From positions 2,581-66,580 of the forward strand of contig JAAYWB010000059.1 of NCBI GenBank assembly GCA_012516855.1: a DNA stretch of 64,000 bases, written 5' to 3'. Each line of letters starts with the position of its first letter. Position 1 is the stretch's first letter. A program made the translations under genes and the position numbers. The stretch is from Candidatus Cloacimonadota bacterium (GTDB taxonomy: Bacteria; Cloacimonadota; Cloacimonadia; Cloacimonadales; Cloacimonadaceae). The notes under the pieces were generated by a model that had not been told where the DNA came from, did no database searches, and saw only the letters and a list, made by a program, of their open reading frames with translations. This document shows, one piece after another, positions 45,757-54,449 of the stretch.

Positions 45757-47129
45757 AAAAGAACTTCAAGCTCACGATCACCAAGCTGGCCCTGGAAGGC
45801 TACGGGATCGGATTTCAAGAAGGCAAGGCCGTTTTTGTGCCATACACGGCTGCCGGCGACGAGATCGAAGCCGAATTGCTGCGGGAGCGCAAAGATGTGG
45901 CTTTCGCCCGGGTGAAAGAATACCTGCGCCGGGGAGAGGGAGTGATTCCCTCGTCCTGTTCCTCTTTCGCGGCGGATTTGCCCTGCGGCGGCTGCGACTG
46001 GCTCTGCATCGACTATCCCACCCAACTGAAATACAAAACCGACCTGCTCCACGAACTGCTGCAGCCCCTGGCGCCGGAACTGGAAATCCCCGCGACCACG
46101 CCCTCTCCGGAAATCCGGCATTACCGCAACAAAGCCTTCATGCCTGTGGGGGCTGGCGAAAAGGGCCTCAGCTTCGGCATTTATGCCCGCTGGTCCCATC
46201 AAATCGTGCCTCACGAGGCCTGCCAGCTGCACCCCGCCATCTTTGACACCATCGCCCGGCGCTGTCTGCAAATCATGGACCAGACCGGCGTGAAACCCTA
46301 CAATGAGATGAACCACACCGGCACCCTGAGGCACATCGGTTTCCGCTGTTCAAGGGACCGTAAAAAGATCCTGCTGGTGCTGGTGACCCGTTCCGGCAAA
46401 CTTCCCTTTACCCAACTTCTGGTGAAGCAGCTTACAGCCGAATTTCCAGCCATTTCCGGCATCGTGCAGAACATCAACCGCGAGCGTGGAAACGTAATTC
46501 TCGGTCCCGAGGAAAAGCTGCTTTTTGGCGAGCCCTGGCTGCAGGAAAATCTGGCCGGGCTGCGCTTCCGGGTGCATTATCGCTCTTTCTGGCAGGTGAA
46601 TACAGGCACCCTGGAACTGATCATCAACCACCTCAAAAGCCGGATTCCGCCAGGTCAAACCATCTACGACGCCTTTTCAGGGCTTGGCGCCCTGGGCCTG
46701 AGCCTGGCTGGAGAAGCCCAACACGTGCTCTGCATTGAAGATAATCCCAACGCGGTGGCCGACGGCGAACTGAACCGGCAACAAAACCGGATTGACAACG
46801 CCGGTTTCCTCTGCGCCAGGGTGGAAGACGCTCTGCCAGCACTGTTTGCGCCCACCCGGGGTGAAGCCCAGCCCCGTCCCGGAATCATCATTCTGGATCC
46901 GCCCCGCTCGGGAGTGCGCCAACCCGCTTTGGCAGCACTTATAGAGACAAAAATCCCCCGAATTATATACCTCAGTTGCTCGCCCATCACCTTGCATCGC
47001 GACCTCAAAATCCTGCTGGACAGCGGCTTCTACCGCCTTGAGCGGCTGCGCTCTTTTGATATGTTTCCCCACACCTGGCACGTGGAAACGCTGGCGGAAC
47101 TGGCCCTTGTTTCAAGGGAGGCAAAGTGA
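45753..47129 (+). CDS. TRAM-domain 23S rRNA/tRNA (uracil-5-)-methyltransferase (RlmD/RumA family)
   Basis: 458 aa. N-terminal TRAM-like beta domain, Cys cluster C..(x)..CGGCDW..C, SAM motifs DAFSGLGALGL and ILDPPRSG, and catalytic YLSCSP. Confidence 0.8.
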   Translation: MKKNFKLTITKLALEGYGIGFQEGKAVFVPYTAAGDEIEAELLRERKDVAFARVKEYLRRGEGVIPSSCSSFAADLPCGGCDWLCIDYPTQLKYKTDLLHELLQPLAPELEIPATTPSPEIRHYRNKAFMPVGAGEKGLSFGIYARWSHQIVPHEACQLHPAIFDTIARRCLQIMDQTGVKPYNEMNHTGTLRHIGFRCSRDRKKILLVLVTRSGKLPFTQLLVKQLTAEFPAISGIVQNINRERGNVILGPEEKLLFGEPWLQENLAGLRFRVHYRSFWQVNTGTLELIINHLKSRIPPGQTIYDAFSGLGALGLSLAGEAQHVLCIEDNPNAVADGELNRQQNRIDNAGFLCARVEDALPALFAPTRGEAQPRPGIIILDPPRSGVRQPALAALIETKIPRIIYLSCSPITLHRDLKILLDSGFYRLERLRSFDMFPHTWHVETLAELALVSREAK

Positions 47130-47548
47130 AATATATCAGCGCGTTGATGCTACTTTTCGCCCTTCTCCTTGCTTCCTGCGATCCCGACACCACCGCGGCT
47201 GACGAATATGAGATCCGCAACATCATCTACGGCATTTCCCGCGATTATAGCTGGGGCGAGGTGGACGGCATCATGGCCCATGTCCATCCGGATTTCCGGC
47301 ACAAGGGAATGTACTCCACCGAATTGCGCCAACTTTGGGAGAACCGCCGCGGCCAATACCAACTGCTGGAATGCGAAATCAGCGACGTGGAGGTCAATTA
47401 TGACCGTGCCACCGTGTTCATGACCATGACTTTCCAGTCGTCCACGTCCACCTACAGCTATCCTGAGCCGGAAACTTTCGGGGACGCGTCCTACTTTATC
47501 TATGAAGGAGGCTCCTGGCAGCTCTATGGCGATCAAACCTGGCGCTGA
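47126..47548 (+). CDS. Small lipoprotein, NTF2/SnoaL-like fold suspected
   Basis: 140 aa. GTG start overlaps the upstream stop. Lipobox LLASC. No catalytic motif recognised. Confidence 0.5.
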   Translation: MKYISALMLLFALLLASCDPDTTAADEYEIRNIIYGISRDYSWGEVDGIMAHVHPDFRHKGMYSTELRQLWENRRGQYQLLECEISDVEVNYDRATVFMTMTFQSSTSTYSYPEPETFGDASYFIYEGGSWQLYGDQTWR

Positions 47549-47604
47549 GAGTATCCGGACTGGCTTCTAACGCAACTAAGACGGCAGCAAAGAATTAAAC
47601 CTCT

Positions 47605-47882
47605 ATAGCTTCCTGTCGTCCATGCTCACTGCGTTCGCTGTACGCCAGGTCACATGCTGGAGTTGAGTGAGGAACGAACATCAGCTACAGCAATAAATTA
47701 GAGGTATAAATGTTTACCCGCCCCAAGGTCCTGCCAGCCACACCCTTAACGCTCGTTTCCATTCCCCTCGTACGCCCCTCGTATTATCCTCGCATCAAAT
47801 GCGGGTATCATGCGGGAGGCGAGTCCGAGATCCTGTAGAGGGCCTTAACGGCCAGACAGCATCGCTTCATTCTTCCGCGGGG
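47605..47882 (+). repeat. Intergenic repeat family, copy 3 (long form)
   Basis: An extra imperfect hairpin module lies at about 47605..47700 (CCTGTCGTCCATGCTCACTGCGTTCGCTGTACG ... GAGGAACGAACATCAGCTACAGCAA). It is followed by GGTCCTGCCAGCC..., the core at 47775..47819 (degenerate left arm, right arm ATCATGCGGGAGG), and GGGCCTTAACGGCCAGACAGCATCGCTTCATTCTTCCGCGG. Confidence 0.8.
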
Positions 47883-47896
47883 TCCAAGGCGCTGGG

Positions 47897-49378
47897 ATGA
47901 CAGCGTTTCCATGTAACGATCGGGACGGGGGAAACTTACTGAGAAACTCCTTGATCAATGCCTTCGCGGATCAGAAGCTGGAGGACATCTTCTGGAGAGC
48001 CAGCACCGGACGCTTGGGCGGGGAAGGGCTGGAAACGGAGATGGAAAAAAGGGCGAAAGCGATACCAGCCTTTATAACCGAAGAGGACAGCAAAAGTTTC
48101 GATGAAATAGTTAACCCTATAGACCGAAGAGCTTCCACAGAAGAGAAGCTCAGACAGATGGCCGAGCTACGCGAAGAGGCAAGACCGGTATTCAATGCTT
48201 TTATTGAGCGCGTTAAGGCTGAGGTGGGGATCGAGTCGAATGACAACGACAAAACATTAAGCAAGGCCGAGGAAAAGGCAAAACGCGACACAATCAGGCA
48301 AGAACACCCTGAGTTTGACGTGGAACATCTGCGTGATTTTTATAGAGGGAAGGCCATCCTTACCGACCCCAGGCAGATCGTTCAGATCGCAAAGATCATT
48401 CAAGAATCGGGGCTTGGCGTGATCAAGTTTGACTGGAAAAAGTTACTTAATCCTAAGATTTGGGGATTCCGTGTCATGTCCTTTGATTTGAGGATGCCTA
48501 ACGGTTTAATGGTAGAATACTATACGCCGCTACAGGAGATTGAATCAGTCAAGGATGAATGCCATGAAATCTACGAGAAATGGAGAGATAAAACAGCAGA
48601 GTATAAGAATGCTCACAGACAGGAGTACCGGCAAGATGTAAAGAAAAGCAACGAGATTTATAGTAAAGCCTGGAACGCAGCCCTTTCGCGGTTGGGAATC
48701 TCACAAGAGGAATTAAGCAGATCATTAATCAGGGCCTTACGTTCGGCGGGGCTGGTGACAATCTCAAACGATTCCGCAGACACTGCCGGAGCAAAACAGC
48801 CAGGCGACCAAGTTCCGTCTTCTGATCTCTTAAAAAACGAATCCAGCAAAAGCTCCGCTCTTTTTGAGTCAGGGTCGGCGGCTATCAGCAAGTCTTCTAA
48901 AACCATTTCAACCTCCATTGAAAATACAGAACAAGTAAAACATAACACGGATAAACGTCAAGTCATTTCTGATGAAAATAACACGCGCAACAAACCCCTC
49001 CCTTCCGCAGACACAGAGCGCGTGCAGGGCATAATGGTCAAAGCATTGGAAAAGACCGGGGGCGAGGTTAATATGGATACCTCTGCAGCGTCTGACAGCA
49101 AATACATAAGCGTTACATTTTATGACGATGAGAACCAAACAGTGGTTCGCTTCATTCCAATTGGAAGTGAGCCTCCTTTTCCAATCCTCATTGGTGCAGG
49201 CTTTGATATTTGGATAAGCCGCAAGAGCAAAACCGCAAGGGACGTACTCCATCTTGTAAGCCCACAGCCGATTAGCGGCAAGGGAGCTTGCTTTTGGTAT
49301 TTTTCGCTTGACAGATGGGGAGCTAAAAATTCTTTGGGAAAATCTAAGCAGAATTTTGGTCCAGTAACTCAGCGGTAG
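47897..49378 (+). CDS. AT-rich hypothetical protein with RelA/SpoT-like nucleotidyltransferase motif order; the 3' end reads into tRNA-Lys (possibly a truncated remnant)
   Basis: 493-aa ORF. The central segment LRDFYRGKAILTD...WGFRVMSFDLRMPNGLMVEYYTPLQEI...HEIYEKWR is followed by a Ser-rich low-complexity linker. The last ~70 codons look non-coding and the stop lies 21 nt inside tRNA-Lys. The start is uncertain because it abuts repeat copy 3. Confidence 0.5.
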   Translation: MTAFPCNDRDGGNLLRNSLINAFADQKLEDIFWRASTGRLGGEGLETEMEKRAKAIPAFITEEDSKSFDEIVNPIDRRASTEEKLRQMAELREEARPVFNAFIERVKAEVGIESNDNDKTLSKAEEKAKRDTIRQEHPEFDVEHLRDFYRGKAILTDPRQIVQIAKIIQESGLGVIKFDWKKLLNPKIWGFRVMSFDLRMPNGLMVEYYTPLQEIESVKDECHEIYEKWRDKTAEYKNAHRQEYRQDVKKSNEIYSKAWNAALSRLGISQEELSRSLIRALRSAGLVTISNDSADTAGAKQPGDQVPSSDLLKNESSKSSALFESGSAAISKSSKTISTSIENTEQVKHNTDKRQVISDENNTRNKPLPSADTERVQGIMVKALEKTGGEVNMDTSAASDSKYISVTFYDDENQTVVRFIPIGSEPPFPILIGAGFDIWISRKSKTARDVLHLVSPQPISGKGACFWYFSLDRWGAKNSLGKSKQNFGPVTQR

Positions 49379-49432
49379 AGTATCTGCCTTTTAAGCAGAG
49401 AGTCGTTGGTTCGAGTCCAACCTGGATCACCA
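49358..49432 (+). tRNA. tRNA-Lys (anticodon UUU), CCA encoded
   Basis: GGTCCAGTAACTCAGCGGTAGAGTATCTGCCTTTTAAGCAGAGAGTCGTTGGTTCGAGTCCAACCTGGATCACCA folds as a cloverleaf with anticodon loop CTTTTAA. Confidence 0.95.
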
Positions 49433-49437
49433 GCCGC

Positions 49438-49512
49438 GACCCCTTCGTCTATCGGTTAGGACACAAGATTTTCATTCTTGTAAGAGGGGTTCGATTCCCC
49501 TAGGGGTCGCCA
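49438..49512 (+). tRNA. tRNA-Glu (anticodon UUC), CCA encoded
   Basis: GACCCCTTCGTCTATCGGTTAGGACACAAGATTTTCATTCTTGTAAGAGGGGTTCGATTCCCCTAGGGGTCGCCA. Anticodon loop TTTTCAT. Close to the E. coli tRNA-Glu layout. Confidence 0.95.
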
Positions 49513-49544
49513 ACTTTTTGAGCTGGAATGCCGCGATATAGTGT

Positions 49545-49620
49545 GTCCCGTTCGTCTAGTGGCCTAGGACTCGTGATTCTCAGTCACGCAACAGGGGTTC
49601 GATTCCCCTACGGGATGCCA
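49545..49620 (+). tRNA. tRNA-Glu (anticodon CUC), CCA encoded
   Basis: GTCCCGTTCGTCTAGTGGCCTAGGACTCGTGATTCTCAGTCACGCAACAGGGGTTCGATTCCCCTACGGGATGCCA. Anticodon loop TTCTCAG. Confidence 0.9.
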
Positions 49621-49726
49621 TTCTTTGGCCTCCGACCGACATCCACTTCCCCAGCGCTCAGTTCATCCGGATAGTATTTGCCATCGGTTTCCCGCTCAAT
49701 AGATTACATAGAGAGATCGCAGATAA

Positions 49727-50662
49727 ATGAAGGAAGAGAAAAAACTGCGCGAGTTGCAGCCGGAGATTTTTCCGGACCGCCGGATCAAGTTCACGGTGGA
49801 CAACATGGGCAGCAAACACAGCCTGGCCCTGCGTCCCTGGGTGCTGGTTCTGGTGGCGGTGCTGCTGCTTGGCGGTTTGACGCTGCTGCTGATTTTTGGC
49901 GGCAAGGGAAGCGGAGCAGCAGACGCGGAATTGCTCGCCAAGCTGGAAAAGGAAAACAAGTTCCTGCGGGAAAAGGTGGACAGCTATGAAGCGGAACTGG
50001 ATTCCGTGATGGCAACTTTGGACACCCTGAACATCAATGTGCCCTCGGAAGCGTTTTCCTATCCCTCTTACAGCGATGAACCCTTCGGCCCCGAAAACAA
50101 GCTGCAGGTGCATCCCGGGCTGGAAAAGAAACTCATCGGCATCGAAATCAAGCTGGCCAATATCAAACAGCGCTTGGGGTTCGCGCTGGAGGAAAGCAAG
50201 GGGGATTTCAAACTTCCCTATGGCTTTGACCGCCACGGAGACGGTATCCCCTCCATCCAGCCTACTTTCGGCGAAATCGTGAGCGGATGGGGAATCCGCC
50301 TGCATCCGGTTTTGGGCGACTACCGCTTCCACCAGGGCATCGACATCGCGAATGAAATCGGCACACCTGTCTATGCCGCCGCTGATGGAGTGGTGGAACG
50401 CGCCCAGACTGAAAACGGCTGGGGGAAAATGGTAAGCATCATCCACACAGACGGATACAGGACGCATTACGCGCATCTGCACAATATCAAGGTGAGGGTG
50501 GGCGACGTGGTTGCCAAAGGCCAGATCATCGGCCTGATGGGCAGCACAGGCATGTCCACAGGGCCTCATCTGCATTACGGGGTGTACCGCGACAACCAAT
50601 CCCTGAACCCGGTTTATTATCTGAACCGCGCGGATACAAACACCTTCGCCTCCAAAGGCTGA
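49727..50662 (+). CDS. M23/LytM-family metallopeptidase with N-terminal membrane anchor and coiled coil
   Basis: 311 aa. HQGIDIA, GWGKMVSIIH and GMSTGPHLHY motifs. Confidence 0.85.
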   Translation: MKEEKKLRELQPEIFPDRRIKFTVDNMGSKHSLALRPWVLVLVAVLLLGGLTLLLIFGGKGSGAADAELLAKLEKENKFLREKVDSYEAELDSVMATLDTLNINVPSEAFSYPSYSDEPFGPENKLQVHPGLEKKLIGIEIKLANIKQRLGFALEESKGDFKLPYGFDRHGDGIPSIQPTFGEIVSGWGIRLHPVLGDYRFHQGIDIANEIGTPVYAAADGVVERAQTENGWGKMVSIIHTDGYRTHYAHLHNIKVRVGDVVAKGQIIGLMGSTGMSTGPHLHYGVYRDNQSLNPVYYLNRADTNTFASKG

Positions 50663-51312
50663 TGAAATCAGGGGATTCCACCGCCTGGCTGTTCACGGCC
50701 ACCAGCCCAGCAGAGATTTTTGGAGGCTATGCCTCAATCAACCCAAACCGGGACCTGGTGATCGCCGTTGACTCCGGTTTGGAGAGGGTTCGGGCCCTTG
50801 GTCTGAAGCCTGACCTGATAATCGGGGACATGGATTCGGTGGAACCTGAACTTCTGCGACTCTATCCCGACACCACACAACTGCGCCATCCTGCCGATAA
50901 AAACGAGACCGACACCGAACTCGCGCTGCTCTGGTGCCTCAATGCTAAAGTGGGGGAGATCGTTATCTGCAACGGTCTGGAAGGGCGCTTCGACCACAGC
51001 CTGGCCTTGGTGCAAAACCTTAACTTCCTGCAAACCCAAGGCTTTCCAGCCAGAATCGAATCCGCTCGGCAAAAAGTCTGGTTCCTGAGTCCCGAGACCA
51101 CGATCCGAGCTTGTCGGGGCTGCCAGCTTTCCCTGCTGGCCTGGGGCGGAGAGGCGAAGTTCGATGACTCCTCCGGCCTCAAATATCCCCTTGACGGTAT
51201 TTCCTTGTTTCCCCAAAAAGTGCGCGGGATGAGCAACCAGGTGGATAAAGAAGAGGCCACCATCAAACTTGCCAGCGGAATAATTCTGGCTATATTGACT
51301 AAATCATGCTAA
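50662..51312 (+). CDS. thiN: Thiamine pyrophosphokinase
   Basis: 216 aa. VIAVDSGL...PDLIIGDMDS...DKNETDTELAL pattern. The start overlaps the upstream stop (TGATG). Confidence 0.8.
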   Translation: MKSGDSTAWLFTATSPAEIFGGYASINPNRDLVIAVDSGLERVRALGLKPDLIIGDMDSVEPELLRLYPDTTQLRHPADKNETDTELALLWCLNAKVGEIVICNGLEGRFDHSLALVQNLNFLQTQGFPARIESARQKVWFLSPETTIRACRGCQLSLLAWGGEAKFDDSSGLKYPLDGISLFPQKVRGMSNQVDKEEATIKLASGIILAILTKSC

Positions 51313-51358
51313 ATTATCTTATGACACGATTAAGCGTTTCAACCATTGGAGGAAAAAC

Positions 51359-51598
51359 ATGAACGAAAGCAACGGAAACCCGCTTTTGAACTTCGAGAAG
51401 TCGCTGCGTTCTCTTGAGGCAACTGTGGAGCGTTTGCAGCAAGAACAACTGGACCTGGACCTGATGGTGAAACTTTACGAGGAGGGAATCGCGCATCTGG
51501 AAGCCTGCCAGAAAGCGCTGGAAGGGGCTGAACTCAAAATCAGGCAGCTGAACACCAGGATAAAGGCCGGTGAGACCGAGGGAAATGAAAATGGATAG
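51359..51598 (+). CDS. xseB: Exodeoxyribonuclease VII small subunit
   Basis: 79 aa. FEKSLRSLEATVERLQQEQLDLDLMVKLYEEGIAHLEACQKAL is typical of XseB. Confidence 0.85.
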   Translation: MNESNGNPLLNFEKSLRSLEATVERLQQEQLDLDLMVKLYEEGIAHLEACQKALEGAELKIRQLNTRIKAGETEGNENG

Positions 51599-52481
51599 AA
51601 AAGTGCGTCTGAAAAAGGACATGAAAGAGAAACAAGAGCTGGTGAACATCATCCTTGACCGCTATCTGCCCCGCAAGGATGAATATCCCAAGAACATCCA
51701 CAAAGCTCTGCGCTACAGTGTGTTCGCCGGAGGAAAACGCCTGCGGCCCTACCTCACGATGTGCGCCTTTCAAATCTACGAGCCGGAGGTGGAGAAAATC
51801 ACCCCCGTGGCCGCCGCCATCGAGATGCTGCACACTTTTTCCCTCATTCACGACGACATGCCGGACCTCGACAACGACGAATACCGCCGCGGCAAGAAAT
51901 CCACCCATGCCCTCTTTGGCGAAGGCCACGCCCTCCTGGCCGGAGACGCTTTGCTGGTGGGGGCTTTCGAGCTCATCACCTACGCCGATATCAAGCCGAA
52001 GATCCGCGTGCAGATGGTTCGCGAACTTGCCCACGAAACCGGGGTGACCGGCCTCATCGGCGGCCAGATGGTGGATTTAGAATCCGAAGGCAGGAAAGTG
52101 GACAAGAAAACCATCGACTATATCCACGAAAACAAGACCGCCAAACTGATCAAGCTCTGCCTGCGTTTCGGCGCTCTGGCCGGAGGTGCTCCGGAGGAAG
52201 AGCAGAAGGCTTTGGAAGAATACGGCCACAAAATCGGTGTGGCTTTTCAAATAATCGATGACCTGCTCGACATTGAAGGCGATCCTGACGAAATGGGAAA
52301 AACGGTTGGCAAGGACGCCCACGTCCAGAAAGCCACCTACCCCTCGGTGCACGGCATGGCGGAATCTCGCCGCAAGGCCCAGGAACTGATTTCCCAAGCC
52401 CGTGAGGCAATCGCTCCCCTGGGCGAAAAAGCCGAAGTCCTGGATACCCTGGCTGAATATATGCTCACACGCAAATCATGA
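51585..52481 (+). CDS. ispA: Polyprenyl (farnesyl/geranylgeranyl) diphosphate synthase
   Basis: I prefer the ATG at 51585 (or 51591) over the non-ATG track start. FARM motif LIHDDMPDLDNDEYRRG, SARM motif FQIIDDLLD. Confidence 0.85.
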   Translation: MKMDRKVRLKKDMKEKQELVNIILDRYLPRKDEYPKNIHKALRYSVFAGGKRLRPYLTMCAFQIYEPEVEKITPVAAAIEMLHTFSLIHDDMPDLDNDEYRRGKKSTHALFGEGHALLAGDALLVGAFELITYADIKPKIRVQMVRELAHETGVTGLIGGQMVDLESEGRKVDKKTIDYIHENKTAKLIKLCLRFGALAGGAPEEEQKALEEYGHKIGVAFQIIDDLLDIEGDPDEMGKTVGKDAHVQKATYPSVHGMAESRRKAQELISQAREAIAPLGEKAEVLDTLAEYMLTRKS

Positions 52482-52912
52482 TAATCCGCTTCAAACTGCT
52501 TAGCCCCAATGCTCTGCCGCCTCAGCGCATGACTGAGAACAGCTCGGGCTGGGACCTGAGCGCGGACCTGCGTGAACCAGAGATTTTGAAGCCGGGCGCC
52601 CGAGCTGTCATCCCAACGGGAATCACTGTGGAAATACCCTGCGGCTTTGAAGGCCAGGTGCGTCCTCGCAGCGGACTTGCCCTGCATCAGGGACTGGGCG
52701 TTTTGAACAGCCCTGGAACCATCGACGCGGACTACCGCGGTGAAGTGAAGGTGATCCTTTTCAACAGCTCCGCCGAAACGGTGACCATCCAGCCCCGCAT
52801 GCGCGTGGCGCAACTGGTGATTTGCCCGGTGGTTGAGGCAAGCTTTGTGGAAAGTGGGGAACTAGGGGAAAGTGGCAGGTCCGACGGAGGCTTCGGACAC
52901 ACAGGGCATTGA
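52478..52912 (+). CDS. dut: dUTP diphosphatase
   Basis: 144 aa. GWDL, RPRSGLA, GTIDADYRGEV, and C-terminal GGFGHTG. Confidence 0.9.
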   Translation: MIIRFKLLSPNALPPQRMTENSSGWDLSADLREPEILKPGARAVIPTGITVEIPCGFEGQVRPRSGLALHQGLGVLNSPGTIDADYRGEVKVILFNSSAETVTIQPRMRVAQLVICPVVEASFVESGELGESGRSDGGFGHTGH

Positions 52913-52928
52913 AGGAAAGGGAGATAAG

Positions 52929-53831
52929 GTGAATATCACGGAAAAAATCGACAAACTGCGCAAGGAAAAAGGGGCTCTTATCCTGGCACACAACTATCAG
53001 ATAGCCCCCATCCAAGACCTGGCCGACCACCGGGGGGATTCTTTGCACCTCTCCATGGTGGCCAGGGAAGCCAAGAACAGACTTATCGTTTTTTGCGGAG
53101 TGCGCTTCATGGCGGAAACCGCCTCCATCCTCAACCAGAAGGCGAAAATATTGCTGCCGGTTGCAGATGCCGGCTGCCCCATGGCGGATATGATCACGGC
53201 CGAGCAACTGGTTGCCTTCAAAGCCGAATATCCTGGCGCGAAGGTTGTCTGCTACGTGAATTCCAACGCTGCTGTCAAAGCGGAAAGTGACGTCTGCTGC
53301 ACCTCCGCGAACGCCGTGAAGATCCTTTCCTCTTTTCCCAAGAATGAAACCATCCTCTTCGTCCCGGACCAGAATCTGGGCACCTGGGCGGCTAAACAGG
53401 CCAAACGCAAGGTGATAGTCTGGTCAGGCTACTGCCCCATTCACCAGTGGGGTTTCAGCTTCCGCAACCTCGAAAAAATCCGTGCCACCAATCCCGGATA
53501 CCGTCTGATCGCCCATCCGGAGTGCGATGAGGACATAGTTAAGGAAGCCGACGCGGTGCTCTCCACCGGGCAGATGATGCGCTTCGTGGAGGATAACGAC
53601 AGGCTGATAATCGCTACGGACGCTACTTTCGTCGATTATCTGAAACACATTTATCCCAACAAAGAACTGGTGCCGCTGAACCGCCGCGCCCGCTGCAGCA
53701 ATATGCGCAAGATCACCCTTAACGAAGTGCTGCTGGCGCTGGAGGAAGAACAATTCGAGGTGCGGGTGCCGGACGACATGGCCAGTCGGGCCAAGCTCTG
53801 CCTGGACCGCATGCTGGAGCTTTCCGTCTGA
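52929..53831 (+). CDS. nadA: Quinolinate synthase A
   Basis: I chose the GTG at 52929 after GGGAGATAAG; the track start at 52872 overlaps dut. ILAHNYQ, FCGVRFMAET, CPMADM, AHPEC. Confidence 0.9.
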   Translation: MNITEKIDKLRKEKGALILAHNYQIAPIQDLADHRGDSLHLSMVAREAKNRLIVFCGVRFMAETASILNQKAKILLPVADAGCPMADMITAEQLVAFKAEYPGAKVVCYVNSNAAVKAESDVCCTSANAVKILSSFPKNETILFVPDQNLGTWAAKQAKRKVIVWSGYCPIHQWGFSFRNLEKIRATNPGYRLIAHPECDEDIVKEADAVLSTGQMMRFVEDNDRLIIATDATFVDYLKHIYPNKELVPLNRRARCSNMRKITLNEVLLALEEEQFEVRVPDDMASRAKLCLDRMLELSV

Positions 53832-53845
53832 GTTCTTCCGCGCTG

Positions 53846-54448
53846 GTGGAACTGTGGCCGGGAGGGCCCAGGATTCGGCAGCATCAGCAGGCGCAGCCGG
53901 TTTCCCATGCCTCCGTCGCGCTGCAGCAGGCAGCTCTGGACATCTTTGGCCCTGACCCTCGGCGGGTTCTCGATCTTGGCAGCGGCTGCGGAATCGTTGC
54001 CCTGATGCTGGCTCTCAGGCGTCCCCTCTGGCAAGTCGAAGGCCTGGAGGTGCAGGCGGAATTGAATGACCTGGCCTGTGGCAACGCTGCTTTGTGCGGT
54101 GTCAATATCCCTTTCCACTCTGGCGATATGCGCTCATTCACAGCTTTCCTGCCTTACGACCTCATCGTTTCAAACCCTCCCTGGCTGCCACTGGGCAGCG
54201 GGAAAACCAGTCCCATCCAGGCCCGCAACCTCAGCCGCTTTGAGCTGCTCGGCGGGCTGGCTGATGTGCTGGCCTGCGTGAAGCGCAATCTGGCCCCGGC
54301 AGGCCAGGCCCTTCTGCTCTATCCGCGCTCCCGCTCCGGCGAGCTTGGCAAAGCCGCAGACAAGACTTTTCTTGACATAATATCCCTCTTTCCGGCCTCT
54401 GGTTTGCAAGAACACATCATATGCCATATCCGGCATAAAGGACAGTGA
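53846..54448 (+). CDS. SAM-dependent N6-adenine methyltransferase-like protein (TrmN6/YfiC-like)
   Basis: 200 aa. VLDLGSGCGIVALMLA SAM motif and the LIVSNPPW (NPPW) catalytic motif. Start codon uncertain. Confidence 0.6.
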   Translation: MELWPGGPRIRQHQQAQPVSHASVALQQAALDIFGPDPRRVLDLGSGCGIVALMLALRRPLWQVEGLEVQAELNDLACGNAALCGVNIPFHSGDMRSFTAFLPYDLIVSNPPWLPLGSGKTSPIQARNLSRFELLGGLADVLACVKRNLAPAGQALLLYPRSRSGELGKAADKTFLDIISLFPASGLQEHIICHIRHKGQ

Positions 54449-54449
54449 A

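Noticed and set aside
49308-49357. Island integration at tRNA-Lys, with att-type direct repeats flanking 47897..49357.
   Set aside because: The AT-rich segment lies 5' of the tRNA, not at its 3' end. The only shared string with the far boundary is GGTCCA, which is not significant.
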